Part shown: positions 13,363-24,562 of the stretch, one piece after another
Layout: every line of letters begins with the position of its first letter
Position numbering within the stretch: position 1 is the first letter of the stretch
Origin: Phyllosticta citribraziliensis
Lineage: Eukaryota
NCBI RefSeq assembly: GCF_038025025.1
Contig: NW_027117350.1
Location: forward strand, 496,001-560,000
Length of the DNA: 64,000 nt
Reading direction: 5' to 3'
Program-made: the position numbers and the translations under genes
The notes under the pieces: generated by a model
What the model saw: the letters and a program-made list of their open reading frames with translations, nothing else
Told to the model about the DNA's origin: nothing
Database searches by the model: none

Positions 13363-15079
13363 TCAACGGACGACCTGAAATTGGACAACGCTGAGATCCA
13401 TGTTGTGCATCTCGACCGGAAACTTGCATTCGTCGAAAAAGTGGCAGTTCTTGCCTCCAGCAGCGCCGCCACCAGACTTGCCAGCCTTGGGGTGCGGGCA
13501 GCGGTGACCATAGATGCACTTTGCGTCGTTGCAGCCGGTGCCGTGGATGCAGGGCTGGCTGCGTGCGACGAGCCTGAGCGTGTCGAGCTCCGCCTTGCTC
13601 GGCTTGTAGTCGTGGACGTGGGTGCAGGCCTTGCCGTAGGGGCACTCGTTGCGCAAAAAGTGGACGTTGCACATCTTCATGCGCTTGACCCGCGTCACCT
13701 CGTCGATGCCTGAGTTGGACGTGGGTGGGTCGATTCGCTGACCTTTGCGGTTGCGCGGGATGCCGCTCGTGTCGCGCATCGGAGGCGTCTGGTTGATGGG
13801 GGCAGGCAGCCTTGCTGCTTTGGCGGCGACGTTGGCCCATCCAGTGCTGGCGGCTGTTGGCGATGCGACGCTAGACGGAGACATGTTGTGATTGTCGTTG
13901 ACTGTCATAATGCTGCTGGTCGAAATGGGCGACTGCATCCGGTTCTGGAAAGGGCCCAAGCCAGGCGGAAAAGGCGTCGGAAATCCCTGATCATACAAGT
14001 TGATCTTTTGCGGGCGGAAGAGATCGCCAAATTTGTGGACTCTGAAAGGGAGCGCGCCATATTCTCTGGCAAACGGGACGCCCTCGATCAGGGTGATTTT
14101 TTGGACTGCCTGCTCATAGTTGACGACCTCGCCGAGGATGCGGGTATATCCATTATCGTGGGAGCCACCCAGCAGGATTTGACGGCAATGGCGGTTGCGA
14201 AGGTTCAATTTAAGTTGCTCTGTGCCACGTTAGTGCTACCGTGGTTGTGGTCAGCGCAGGGGACACTGACCAACCACCTTTTGGTCAGCCCTATCCTTGC
14301 CAGCGCCGACGTCGACAAAGTCCATGAGGAATTTGCCCTGGCTAAATCCAATGACGAACTCGCGGAGGTCCGATGTCTTTGAGGTGATGCTCGCGCGGCG
14401 GCACGTTTCGCTCAAGCCCTTGACGTTTGCGTAGACACGGGCAGTGATTTTGACGGCGGAAGAGATTTCGGGGTGCTCGGCGCGCACATAGTCGTAAACG
14501 AACTGCTCGAGGAGGCCTGCGGCGCGTTGGCCGCCGGGGGTGCCGTCCAAGAGCAGGCTGTCGTTGAACTGTCGAGCAAACAAAAGTTAGGTCTTGGGCG
14601 CCGGCGCACAGTGGCCGAGTACATACAATCAAGCCGTCCCCGTCTATGAGGACCAAAACATAAGACTCGAGGTCCTGCAGAGTGTGAGCCTGATTGGCGG
14701 CAGAGGGCGAGGAGTGAGTCTGCACCAAATCGCCCTCGTAGCGGTGCACAAGGCTGCCCAGCTCCTTGAGTTTACGCTGGCAGCGGCGATTGAATTCACG
14801 TTCACGCTCATGATCCTCACACTCTTGTTTAAAGACGTCGTTGAGGCTGTCATAGCGATGCAACAGTTCCTGAGAAGGTTGAAAGGTTAGAAGGTTGAGC
14901 AGGCGGCGAGGGAGTGAGAGGTTTACCTCGACGAGATCATTTTTAGCGTTGTCGACGCGTTTGAGCTCGAGATGGCGTTTCCACAAGTGCGCCGAGGCGC
15001 TCTCGCCTACGCCGTCGCCAGCAATACTGGGAATGCTGGCGTGGTCAGACATTTGGCTCGGCGCAGGAAGCTTTGGCAT
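13363..15079 (-). CDS. Tandem CCCH zinc-finger protein with N-terminal coiled coil and central NYN/PIN-like domain, 5 exons
   Basis: Zinc fingers CNVHFLRNECPYGKACTHVH and CIHGTGCNDAKCIYGH. Central motifs VLVLIDGDGLI|F, FVDVGAGKDRAD, ILLGGSHDNGY. Four GT-AG introns with branch sites. Start could be the second ATG (~15052). Confidence 0.82.
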
Positions 15080-15576
15080 GAGTGCAGTGTGGAGGTGGAG
15101 GGTTGTGGTGCAGCGCGGCGGAGAGGTGAGGAGCAGAACGAAGGAAGGGACGAATATTCGCTCCGAGCGTGAATCAAGTCACGGCTTGGAGGAAATGGTG
15201 GTAGGAAAGCTGCGTCTCCAAAGTCACACAGGCGGCGGAAGGCATACAATGTGGGTGGTCACTGGGATCGCGGCTTCCTGTTTGAGCCAGACCGCTCCAG
15301 CTCCAGCTCCAGGTCCAACTCCAGCGCCGGCCTACGTCCTGAGCGACTCGCAGCGGGGACATGCATCTGCAGTGAATTCATGATGGATGGATGCGTCTCT
15401 TGGTCTGTTGATGTTTGCAACCCTCCGCTCGTCGTCTGCTTGCTCCCTCCCGCTAGCTCCATCGGGTAGTCCGCCCGCTGATCGCCTGGGCCCTGAAGCC
15501 ACGATTCAACTTTCCTTCGCAGCTCCAGCTCCAGCAATCCCCACCCACTCTCCATCTCCATCCCCGTTCCGTCACC

Positions 15577-16516
15577 ATGAGGTTTGCCCAGCTCGCCGCC
15601 TCCTTCCTCGTGTCGCTGTTGGCCTCCAATGCCTGGGCCGATGACTCTGTAAGCTCCCGAAACATTCATCTCAATAGCCCCCGCCAACCCTGCATCCACC
15701 AAACGACACCCGCTAATACCCTGACCAGGTCAAGGCAGATGCTGAGGCCCAAGTCGAGGAACAGCCCACCCTCGATGTTTCCATCAGCGCCTCGTTCCCG
15801 GACGCCGAGGTCTTTGGTGTGAAGCTCGTCAACGGCCACCCCACTCGCGCCATCCTGGACTTCAAGAACGAGGAAGAGGACCCTGTCCACGTCCAATTCA
15901 TTGGCGGCGCCCTGTACACCCCCGACACGGGCATCAACGTCCGCAACCTCAGCGTTTCCAAGTACAATGTCGCCGTCGGCAGCCAGGGCAGCGTGAGCTT
16001 GACCTACAGCTTCCAGACCGAGATGCACCCCCAGGACCTGCGCCTGAGCCTCATTGCTGTCATCCGTGACACCAACGAGTCTTTCTACACTTTCCAGGCC
16101 TACAACGAGACGGTCAGCATCGTCGAAGCTCCCACCAGCATCTTTGACCCGCAAATGTAAGTTGCGCCTGTGCCACCTGCATCAGCATCCAATTGACACG
16201 CGCTAGCCTGTTCCTCTACTTCGTCCTCGCCTCGCTCTTCGCCGGTACCTGCTACTTCATCTACAACACCTGGATCACCACCCTCTTCCCCCAGAAGAAG
16301 CGCGGAGGCAAGGGCGGACAGCGCGCCAAGACGTCGACCTCGGGCACCAAGAGCGTCGACCCCAGCGACCAGATTGCCGTCACCGGTGCCGATGGCCCCG
16401 CCGTCACCTCTGGAGCCAAGGCCTACGACGAGAGCTGGATTCCCGTCCAGCATCTCCAGCGACCCGAAGCCAGGCGCGTCAAGAGCGGCACCCCCAAGAC
16501 CAAGAACCGCGGTTAA
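15577..16516 (+). CDS. Translocon-associated protein alpha (signal sequence receptor alpha / Irc22-like), 3 exons
   Basis: Signal peptide MRFAQLAASFL, FPDAEVFGVKLVNG, YSFQTEMHPQDLRL, AYNETVSIVEAPTSIFDPQ, TM segment, then YDESWIPVQHLQRP. Confidence 0.9.
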
Positions 16517-16945
16517 GCAGAAACGACTGTTTTCTCGCCAGCGCCACTTGCGAATTGGGCTTCCGAGGGAGCGACACATTGGGAAATTTTGTGTGCGCAG
16601 ATCCAGTTGCATTTCTAAGGGCTGGTTAGGTGGATCTGGACGTCCATGTACGATTCCAAAAAGTTTTGATAAAAGGAACGGATCATGAAGGACTGGAAGG
16701 CGGCCACTGGGATTGACATGAGTGTACATTCATTGACAAAAATTCCGCATTTAATGGAGTTTGGATTGCAGTCACACTTTGGAGAAAAGGTGGCTCTTGT
16801 CATTGAACGATTTTGCCTCCTGAGGTATTCTGAGTCTACTCTAACGTGCCTCAGTTGAGAGAACAAGTAACGCTCCTACTGGTGTAGCCCCAGATGAGAC
16901 ACGGGAGCCTCCCCTGATCTTTTGTAGTCGACTCACTACCACTGC

Positions 16946-19468
16946 TCACAGCTTTAGACACCAAATGACGCCCATGGCGCAGAGATACAGAGCCTATATC
17001 AAAACCCCCGTCAGCAACCAGTCTCGCAACTAGCCAGCCAGCCAAACACCCGCCAATCCGTCCCGTCCCAACCAAGCAAAACAAGAGCCAGTGAAACACC
17101 AAAAGACGGCAACTACTCAAAAGACGAAGCAAGAAGGGGAAAAGGGAAAAACTCACTGCAGAAACCCAAAACGGCATGCCCAACCCGGCGCCCCCGACGC
17201 CAATGCCCGCCACCCAGACGGCCGTCATGAGCGGCGCGCCCACCAGCGACCCGACCGTCTTGACCACCATGACGACCGTGTAGACGCGCGCTGTGGCACT
17301 GCTGCTGCTGCTGCTGTGGTTGTTGTTATGAGATACTCTGCGGGTCGGCGACGCGGATGACGCTGCGTCCTGCTCGCCGCCGGCGGCCGCACCTCGTGGC
17401 CGACCACATCGCCGCTCACGCGGAGCCGTTCCGTCGTCGTCGTCGTCGTCGTCGTCGTCATGGTCAACGGCGTCGACCAGCGCCATGGTGAAGACGGGCA
17501 GCGCGGAGCCGAGGGCGTACAGCAGCAGGGCGGCGACGAGGAACGGCACGGTCGGCGCGGCGGCGATGCACAGCGCGCCGAAGACGGAGATGAGGAGGGA
17601 CAGGAGCGCGGCGTCGATGTTGAGGGCGATGGTTTGGGATGTGTGGGTGTGGGTGTGGGTGTTGGCTTTGGCTCTGCCACTGCCACCGTCCCTGTCTTCA
17701 CTCTCATCTCGGTCTCGACGGTCAAGTTCTGGAACGGCAGCACAGCGTCGTCGTCGTCGTTGTCGTCTCTCCCGCCGCCGCAACAACACACGCATCCCAA
17801 CGGGGACGACGAGCGTCAGCAAGACGATGTTCGTCGCCGCTTTGAGCGACAGCAGCGGGCCGACGCTGGCGAAGGACCGCTGGTACCGCGCCGACATGTA
17901 TTGCGGCAGCAGGTGCGTGTTGGACGACGCGAGCGAGGTGAGCAGGAAGGAGGCGAGCAGCAGGAGGAAGCGGGGACGCTGTTGGATGAGCTGGGTGAGG
18001 CGGGCTTTCAGGGGTAGGGGTAGGGAGGGGGGAGATGAGGAGGACGCGGTGCGCAGGAGGGGCGCGGCTTCGATGTCGTCGTCGTCCTCGTCGTCGCGAT
18101 TTGCCGCTGTTGATGAGGACGAGGCCTTGTTCGCCGACGAAGCGTGCGATTGCCCATTGTCCAGCGGCAGGAAGTAGACGACGGGCAGCGCGGCAATGAG
18201 GAACGCGATGCTGAGGTAAAAGGGCAGCCATAGGTTGACCGTCATGGCGGCCGATGCGAGCGAGGGCCCGAAGAGGGAGACGACGTAGTTTACTGACGTG
18301 ACGTAGGCGATGTAGGACGTCCTGTGAGGATGGATTGGGTCAGCGAGCCAGTGAAGGATGGAGACTCGGTCTGTGAATGCTACCATGAGGTGATAAAAGT
18401 CGTGGCATGTACTTGTGAGTTGTCCCCCTTTGAGATTGTTGGATACTCTTGAAAGCTTCCAGGGACTCTGGCTTAGGGCTATGTTGAATTCCCTTTTGAA
18501 AGCGACGAATGGTCTCCATCTGCTCGCCTGATTCACGTCTTCCGTGCCACGGTGACTTTTACCAAGCCTCGAAGTGTGAAAGCAATAGTGTTTGGTGGGT
18601 GATGCAACTTACCGCTGTACCAAGTCATCAGTCAGGTCCGTCACAATGGCGAAGACGGCCGAGTTGAGCACACAGTCATGGCCGCCGATGAGAGCAAAGA
18701 AGGGGGCGGCGGCCATGGCCGAGACAGGGAGGACGCCGTCGAGATGGCCTGTCGCATTAGATTCGGCGTTAGAACTTATGAGACGTAGGAAAGCCACGGA
18801 CGAACGCTTTTCATCCATCTCGTACTTCTTCTCCTCACCCCATAGACTCGTACTCATTCATCCAACAAGTCGAAGCAAATGGCAATGCAAAGTATCCACT
18901 TACCAACAATCACAACCCACAGCACCACACCCGCCCACCCGAGCAAATTCGCCGCCAAAACGACCCTCCTGCCCCTGCCCCTCTCCTTCCATCTATCCCC
19001 GACCCAAGCCGCGGGCACCGCAACGCCCAAATCGACTCCAATCACGGCCGTCTCGATGACGCCCTGCAGCCACGCCAGCCGACGCTGCACCCAGTCGATC
19101 TTGCACTGCTCCTCGGGCGGGGGTGGCTGTGAAGGCGAGGAGTGGTAGTAAGCAGCGCAGTAACGCGACTCGATGACGCGGTTCAGGGGAAGCGAGAAGA
19201 GGCGTGTCGACAGTGTTGCGAGGGCCAGGAGGAGGAGAAGGGGGGTGATGGATTTGGTGGTGGATTTGGTGGATTTGGTGCCGCGGTTACTGCTGCGAGC
19301 GCCAGAAAACGCGTTTCTCCACGAAGATGCAAACTTTGGTCGCCAGTGAGGTTGTTTCCGTGCTCTTGCTCCGCTGCTACTTGCTCGTCCGCTGCCTGTG
19401 CTGTGGCCAGTCTCTCGCAATTCTCCCTCTGCTCCGTCGACTGCGCTGGGCAGCGAGTCATTGTACAT
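16946..19468 (-). CDS. Major facilitator superfamily transporter, 4 exons, loops expanded by simple repeats
   Basis: PLNRVIESRYC...EEQCKIDWVQRRLAWLQG, GDRWKERGRGRRVVL, IGGHDCVLNSAVFAIVTD, LLPQYMSARY, ARVYTVVMVVKTVGSLVGAPL; many TM helices. Last exon inferred as ALYLCAMGVIWCLKL*. Confidence 0.78.
17433..17459. repeat. (GTC)9 coding microsatellite (poly-Asp in the MFS transporter)
   Basis: Read directly from sequence. Confidence 0.9.
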
Positions 19469-21170
19469 GGTGGCTCCCCTCGCCGCGCAGTACGTACTAC
19501 TACCTTATCCACCGTCCCGGCGCTCTTGACTTTTCAGATGACTGCAGTGTACCAGATGCCGGAGGAAAAGTTAAAGGAAATACAAAGGAGCGGAAAAGGC
19601 AGCTCAAGGAGGCTAGACCACGCACACATACACAAGCTCTGCCGTGCAGACGATGAAACCCGGCCCAGCTATGTGTGTGTGTGGGCTTTGAAGTGGACGG
19701 AGAAACTGCCGTAAGGAGGCAAGGTAGACGCCCTCCTACCTATCAATCCACCCACCTACCTAACTACCCAGGCAAGCGACAATCCACGCGTCCAATGAAC
19801 CAACCCAACCCTTCAGCCGCAGAGTCAAGCGGTCCGAACGTCTGATGCGCGATGCCGTGCAGACAGATCAACAGACAAGCCTCCGGAGCGTTGACGAGGC
19901 GAGGCGATGCGGCGACACGGCGGGAGGCTGCGGCGGCAACGCAATTATTGCTTTACTCAATCAGTCCGTCAGTCGTGAGTCAGGTCGTTGACCCCGACGA
20001 TGCTTGAGAGAAGGGCTGAGTGCCGTTCGGAATGGGCGCTGACGCGTTGGAAGAAATGTCGAGAGGGAGTGGGTGTGGTGCACAAGTCATGCAGGTAGGC
20101 GTCTTGTCTTTGACCTGGTTGTGAGTGATGAGCAGTCATCGGACGCTAGAGCGAACTGACCTGACGGGCAGCTAGCGAATGGGGGCATGTGACCGGTGCT
20201 TTCTCACAGCAATACTGAAAGTTCATCCAAGCTCGGCTGAGAGATGAAACTAGACAAGATAGCCATCTCGTCAGGGTCTATGTAGCGACAGCAGTAGCCT
20301 GTCAACGATAAGAGACTTGGCAGAGACACCTGCCGGCTAGATGCATCTCAACCCAACCATCTCAACCAATGAGCTGCATTGCACATGTCACAGCGGCACA
20401 TACAAGATACCTAGGCATGTCAAAAAAGCAACAATGCCATACGGATATACGCAAGTTTACCTCAAGTCTATCATGATCAACAAGCACCCAACCGCCTGTA
20501 CTGTACTCGAGCGAGACATACTACAATACCCGCCCCAGCAGCCATGTGAAGCTGCTGCCGCTTCCTCCCATCGTCCCACCAATCACAAAAGAAAAGAAGT
20601 AGAAAGAGAGCCGAAGCATTAACACGAATAGACGGACCCTGGTGTTCCTCTCCAGAGTCGGTCGCCCGGCCGGTAAAGAAAACCCCTCCTCGACATCAAC
20701 ATAAGAAACAAAGGGTGAAAAGAACAAAAGGGATAAAAAGAAAGAGACCAAGCAAAGAAAACAGCTTTACACATCCCTACTACAGTCCTACTACAGCCCG
20801 TGATCCTCCGATTTTTTCTTCTTCCTTCTCTTGCTCATCCGCAAGCCCCCAAATGCCAATGAAGGGTGTACCGGTTCGTGCGCATCAATGTGGTATAATG
20901 AGACCTGCCAAACTAAGCAACTAACACGACAGTACTGGGAATGGGAAAAAGAAAAGAAAAGTTCAAAATTAGCATCCTTGCTCCACCCATGCTCGCTTTG
21001 GAAAAAAGGAAATGGTAAGGGTAGAAGTCGCGGAGCACTGCGGCTCCGTCGGCTGGGGAAAAATACCCAGCCCTCGCGCTGGTCGTGTTTTGGAGGAAAG
21101 AGTAGAGACCTAATCATCGCGCTAAACGGATATTGTACCAAGATTGCTTCGTGTCGACTGGCGGGTGATT

Positions 21171-23198
21171 TCAACCCTCCATCAAGGTCTTGGGGTTCTT
21201 TCCAAGAAGTTCAAGACATCGCCGCGCCAGGCTGACGACTTCGCCTTCGCCATCCTCATTGTCCTCGTCGTCTGATTCGATGTTGCGTTCCGATATGCTC
21301 TTGACCATGTTGACAATCTCGTTTGACTTGCCGATGAGGTTTAGGAGGCGCGAGTCGTCGGATTCGAGCAGTTGGAGCAAGGTCCAAATCGCAATGTGTT
21401 GGAAGGTCGGATCGCCGCTGTCCAGGAAGCGCTGAAGGTAGCCATGGATGCCGCCGTTGGGCTCGTTCCAGTTTTGCAAGAAGATGGAATAGTCGCCAAC
21501 TGCATTTGTTAGCCATGAAATTTCTCCAGAATGATTTGACGTACCTTTGGACGAAAGGTTGCCAAGGGCAGCCGCGCTGTTGCCTTGCACCTCGATGCTC
21601 TCGGATTCGGTTAGGGGAATAAGCACGTCAAACACGCCCAAGTTCAAAAGGTGGGGTTTCAGCTCATCGCTGAGGGCCAAGACCGCGATTGCGGCAGTCA
21701 TCTCCGACTGCACCGTCAGAGGAACATTGAGCACCAACTGCTTGCATTTTTGTACGGCGCCAGCCTCGAGGACGAGCTGCTTGTTGCGATCCGAACTTGC
21801 GGCCAGGTTGCGAAGTGTAGAAATGGCATGACACTGAATCTCTTCGTTTTCCGTTGAGCCGAGGAGATGTACCAGGGGGCCGAGGAAGCCAGCGTCGATA
21901 ATGGGAGACTCGTTCGAAGGATGGATCGAAATGTTACGAATGCATGCGACGGCCGAGAGGATCAATGGGAGATAGGAGGACTGGAGGAGACGCAGCAGCG
22001 AGGGCAGACCGCGGGCGCGAACAATCTCGAGCTGGTAGCGCTCGTCCGACGCAAGATTACGCAGAGCCAGAGCCGCCTGGCACTGGACCTTGGGTGAAGA
22101 CGAGTCCATCAAATGTACCAGCGATTGGACCAGCCTGCCTTCTGTCTGCGCCAGCCTCTTGCGATTGTTCGAGTCCACGGCAATGTTGCTTAGGGCTGTG
22201 GTGCAGTAGTATTGTACGTCGACGTCCGGCGAGGAAAGCAGCTGCACGAGCACAGGGATCGCCCCAGCGTTGACAAGCTGCTGGCGGTTGTCGTCTGGGC
22301 CATGTCAGTAAGCCGACAGGGTATATAGTACCTGCAGCGTGGGGGGGATTGGCTCACCCGAGTGGGTCATGTTGAGGAGGGCACCAGTGGCATTGCGCTG
22401 CACACGCATGTCCCTCGACTTGGCCAGCCTCGTCAGCGGAGGAAGGGCGCCCGAACGTGCTATCTTGGCCTTGTTGTCTTCATGCGTGGCAAGATTTGTA
22501 ATGCAACCAACGGCGTTGCACTGGACCTCGACGTTGGGCGAGTTCATTTGCTTGATGAGGGGGCCCAGGCCGCCGAGCTGGACGATGCGGACCTTGTTCT
22601 CGGCTGCGAGACATTAGCACGTGTAGTAGGAGTAAGGTCGAGGGAGGGGGGCATACTGTTGACGGCGAGGTTACCCAGTGCCGCGCTAGCCGCCCTTTGT
22701 ACCTCGATGTCGCTGTTCTGGAGGAGGAAGAGGATGGGCTCGAGAGTGTCTCTGTCGACTTCTCTGACGTCTGGATGACAGCTGTCAGTCGAGGCGCGCT
22801 CGGCGGCGGGCAGAAGCAAGCTCAATGACACACCTCTCTCTGTTATCTCGGCAAAGGTCAAGCTCGCGGAGCGTTGAAGGTCGATGTTGTCCGAGTAGAC
22901 GAGGGTACTCAGGGCACGGAGGGGGTCGCCGGAGAAGAAGTCGGTCTCGGCTCTCTGCGAAGAAGAAGGGTATAAGCAGGAGGTAGCATGATGGAGCGAG
23001 GTTGGGCGGGTACATTTTCGAGATAGCCCAAGAGCTCGGCGACGGCCTCGCGTTCGCTGTCGGCCAGTACAGGGTCGTAGAGGCCATCTTTGGAGCGACC
23101 TGTCGAGCGAGTCAGCGTTGTCGGGTCGGGTGGAGCTTTGTCGACGCACCGCCGCAGCAAGAGCTGAAGAGCTTGGAGCAGTAGGTCGACAGACCCAT
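21171..23198 (-). CDS. VAC8: Vacuolar protein 8 (armadillo repeats), multi-exon
   Basis: N-terminal [16 protein letters not shown] (Gly2 and Cys acylation pattern), [75 protein letters not shown]. Confidence 0.95.
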
Positions 23199-23435
23199 CC
23201 TCGCCAGTCTGGGGCGTCAGGCAGGGCGTGTCGGGTCGCAGGAGTCGGGGGTGATGGCGGCGAGGGAAGTTGGACGAGTCGAGGGAGCAGAGTTTTGGAC
23301 GGGGCGGAAGAGATGGGAGGGTGCAGATAGGGCGGTGAGATTGGGTGGAGGATGGGGATAGCTAGAGGGCGTTGAGGCTTGCGATCGATGGCTGGAGGCC
23401 GCCAAGTGCCCAGATGAGGAATAGGCGGTTTGGCG

Positions 23436-23460
23436 GCAGCAGCAGCAGCAGCAGCAGCAG
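23436..23460. repeat. (GCA)8 microsatellite upstream of VAC8
   Basis: Read directly from sequence. Confidence 0.9.
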
Positions 23461-24562
23461 GCGACGGGACGCACGCAGAGCAGAGCGAGAGAGAGAGCAC
23501 GCACACAGGCGCGAGGGCAGCAGTCGACTTTTTTTATTTTATTTTTATTTTGGATGCTGGATGGATGGATGTAGCACATGCAGTGCAGTTGATTCGTGTC
23601 TACCGTGGCTCTCTCGGTCGGATCGTATCGTATTCCATCCCATTGTATCTCAGTGGTGACGTCGCGCAGGCCACGTGAAGCCACAACTGACGACGGGACC
23701 CGACGGCCAGCACGGGCTGTCAGTTATTGTGCTGTATGTAATTGCTTTTTGGCGCCCGTTTGTTCGCCTCAGCTCGTGCCCGCCGGCCGTGCTGGAGTTT
23801 GCTGTCCTTCGGGCGGCCAGGGTCCTTTGGAATCGGTCCTTGCTTTGAGGATCTGCTGCAGGGCTGACGTCGAGGATCTGCTTGGTTGGTTTCGCGGACT
23901 CTCGAGCATGACGCTCGACTGACTGGCTGACGACCGTCGGTGGCCACTCGCTCGGCGGCGTGCTTCTGTTCTGTTCTGGTACAAGGCACAGGCACTTCAC
24001 CGTTGACAGCCTGCTGACCTCGACGTTGGGCCTCCCGGGAGCCGCCGCAGGCCGGGTCAATCTCGACGGACAGCACCACTACCACTCGCACAGGCACAGA
24101 CGCTTGGTCTCGCCCGCTCCTCCCTAGAAAATTTCCCCAGGCGCCTCCCCCACAAAGACAGGTCCAAGTCCTCCCTCCACTCTCCTCGACCTCCTCGACA
24201 ACGCATCGTCACCGCATCCCGCCCCTCCGCCTCACCTCGCCCTTCGCCAGCGCCATCGCCATCGCCATCGCCGTCGTCCTCGCAGCTCGCCTGGTCCCCG
24301 TCCATGCAGCCGCAATAGAGCGGCCCGCCAATCGCACCGCACCCCGCTCGACCGCCTGACAGACGGAGCTTGCTGGCCTGCAGCGCCAAGCAGGCCCTGC
24401 CTTGACGACTTGGGTGACTCCTCCAGCGCCACTCACTCCTCTTGCCGTCTGCCTCCACCGACCTGTGGGCTTCCAGTGCCCTCTTATAGCCCTGTGAAAT
24501 CAATTCCGTCGGCCTTCTCCACCACAAACACCACATCCCGGATTCCAGCTCTGCGCGGTCGA

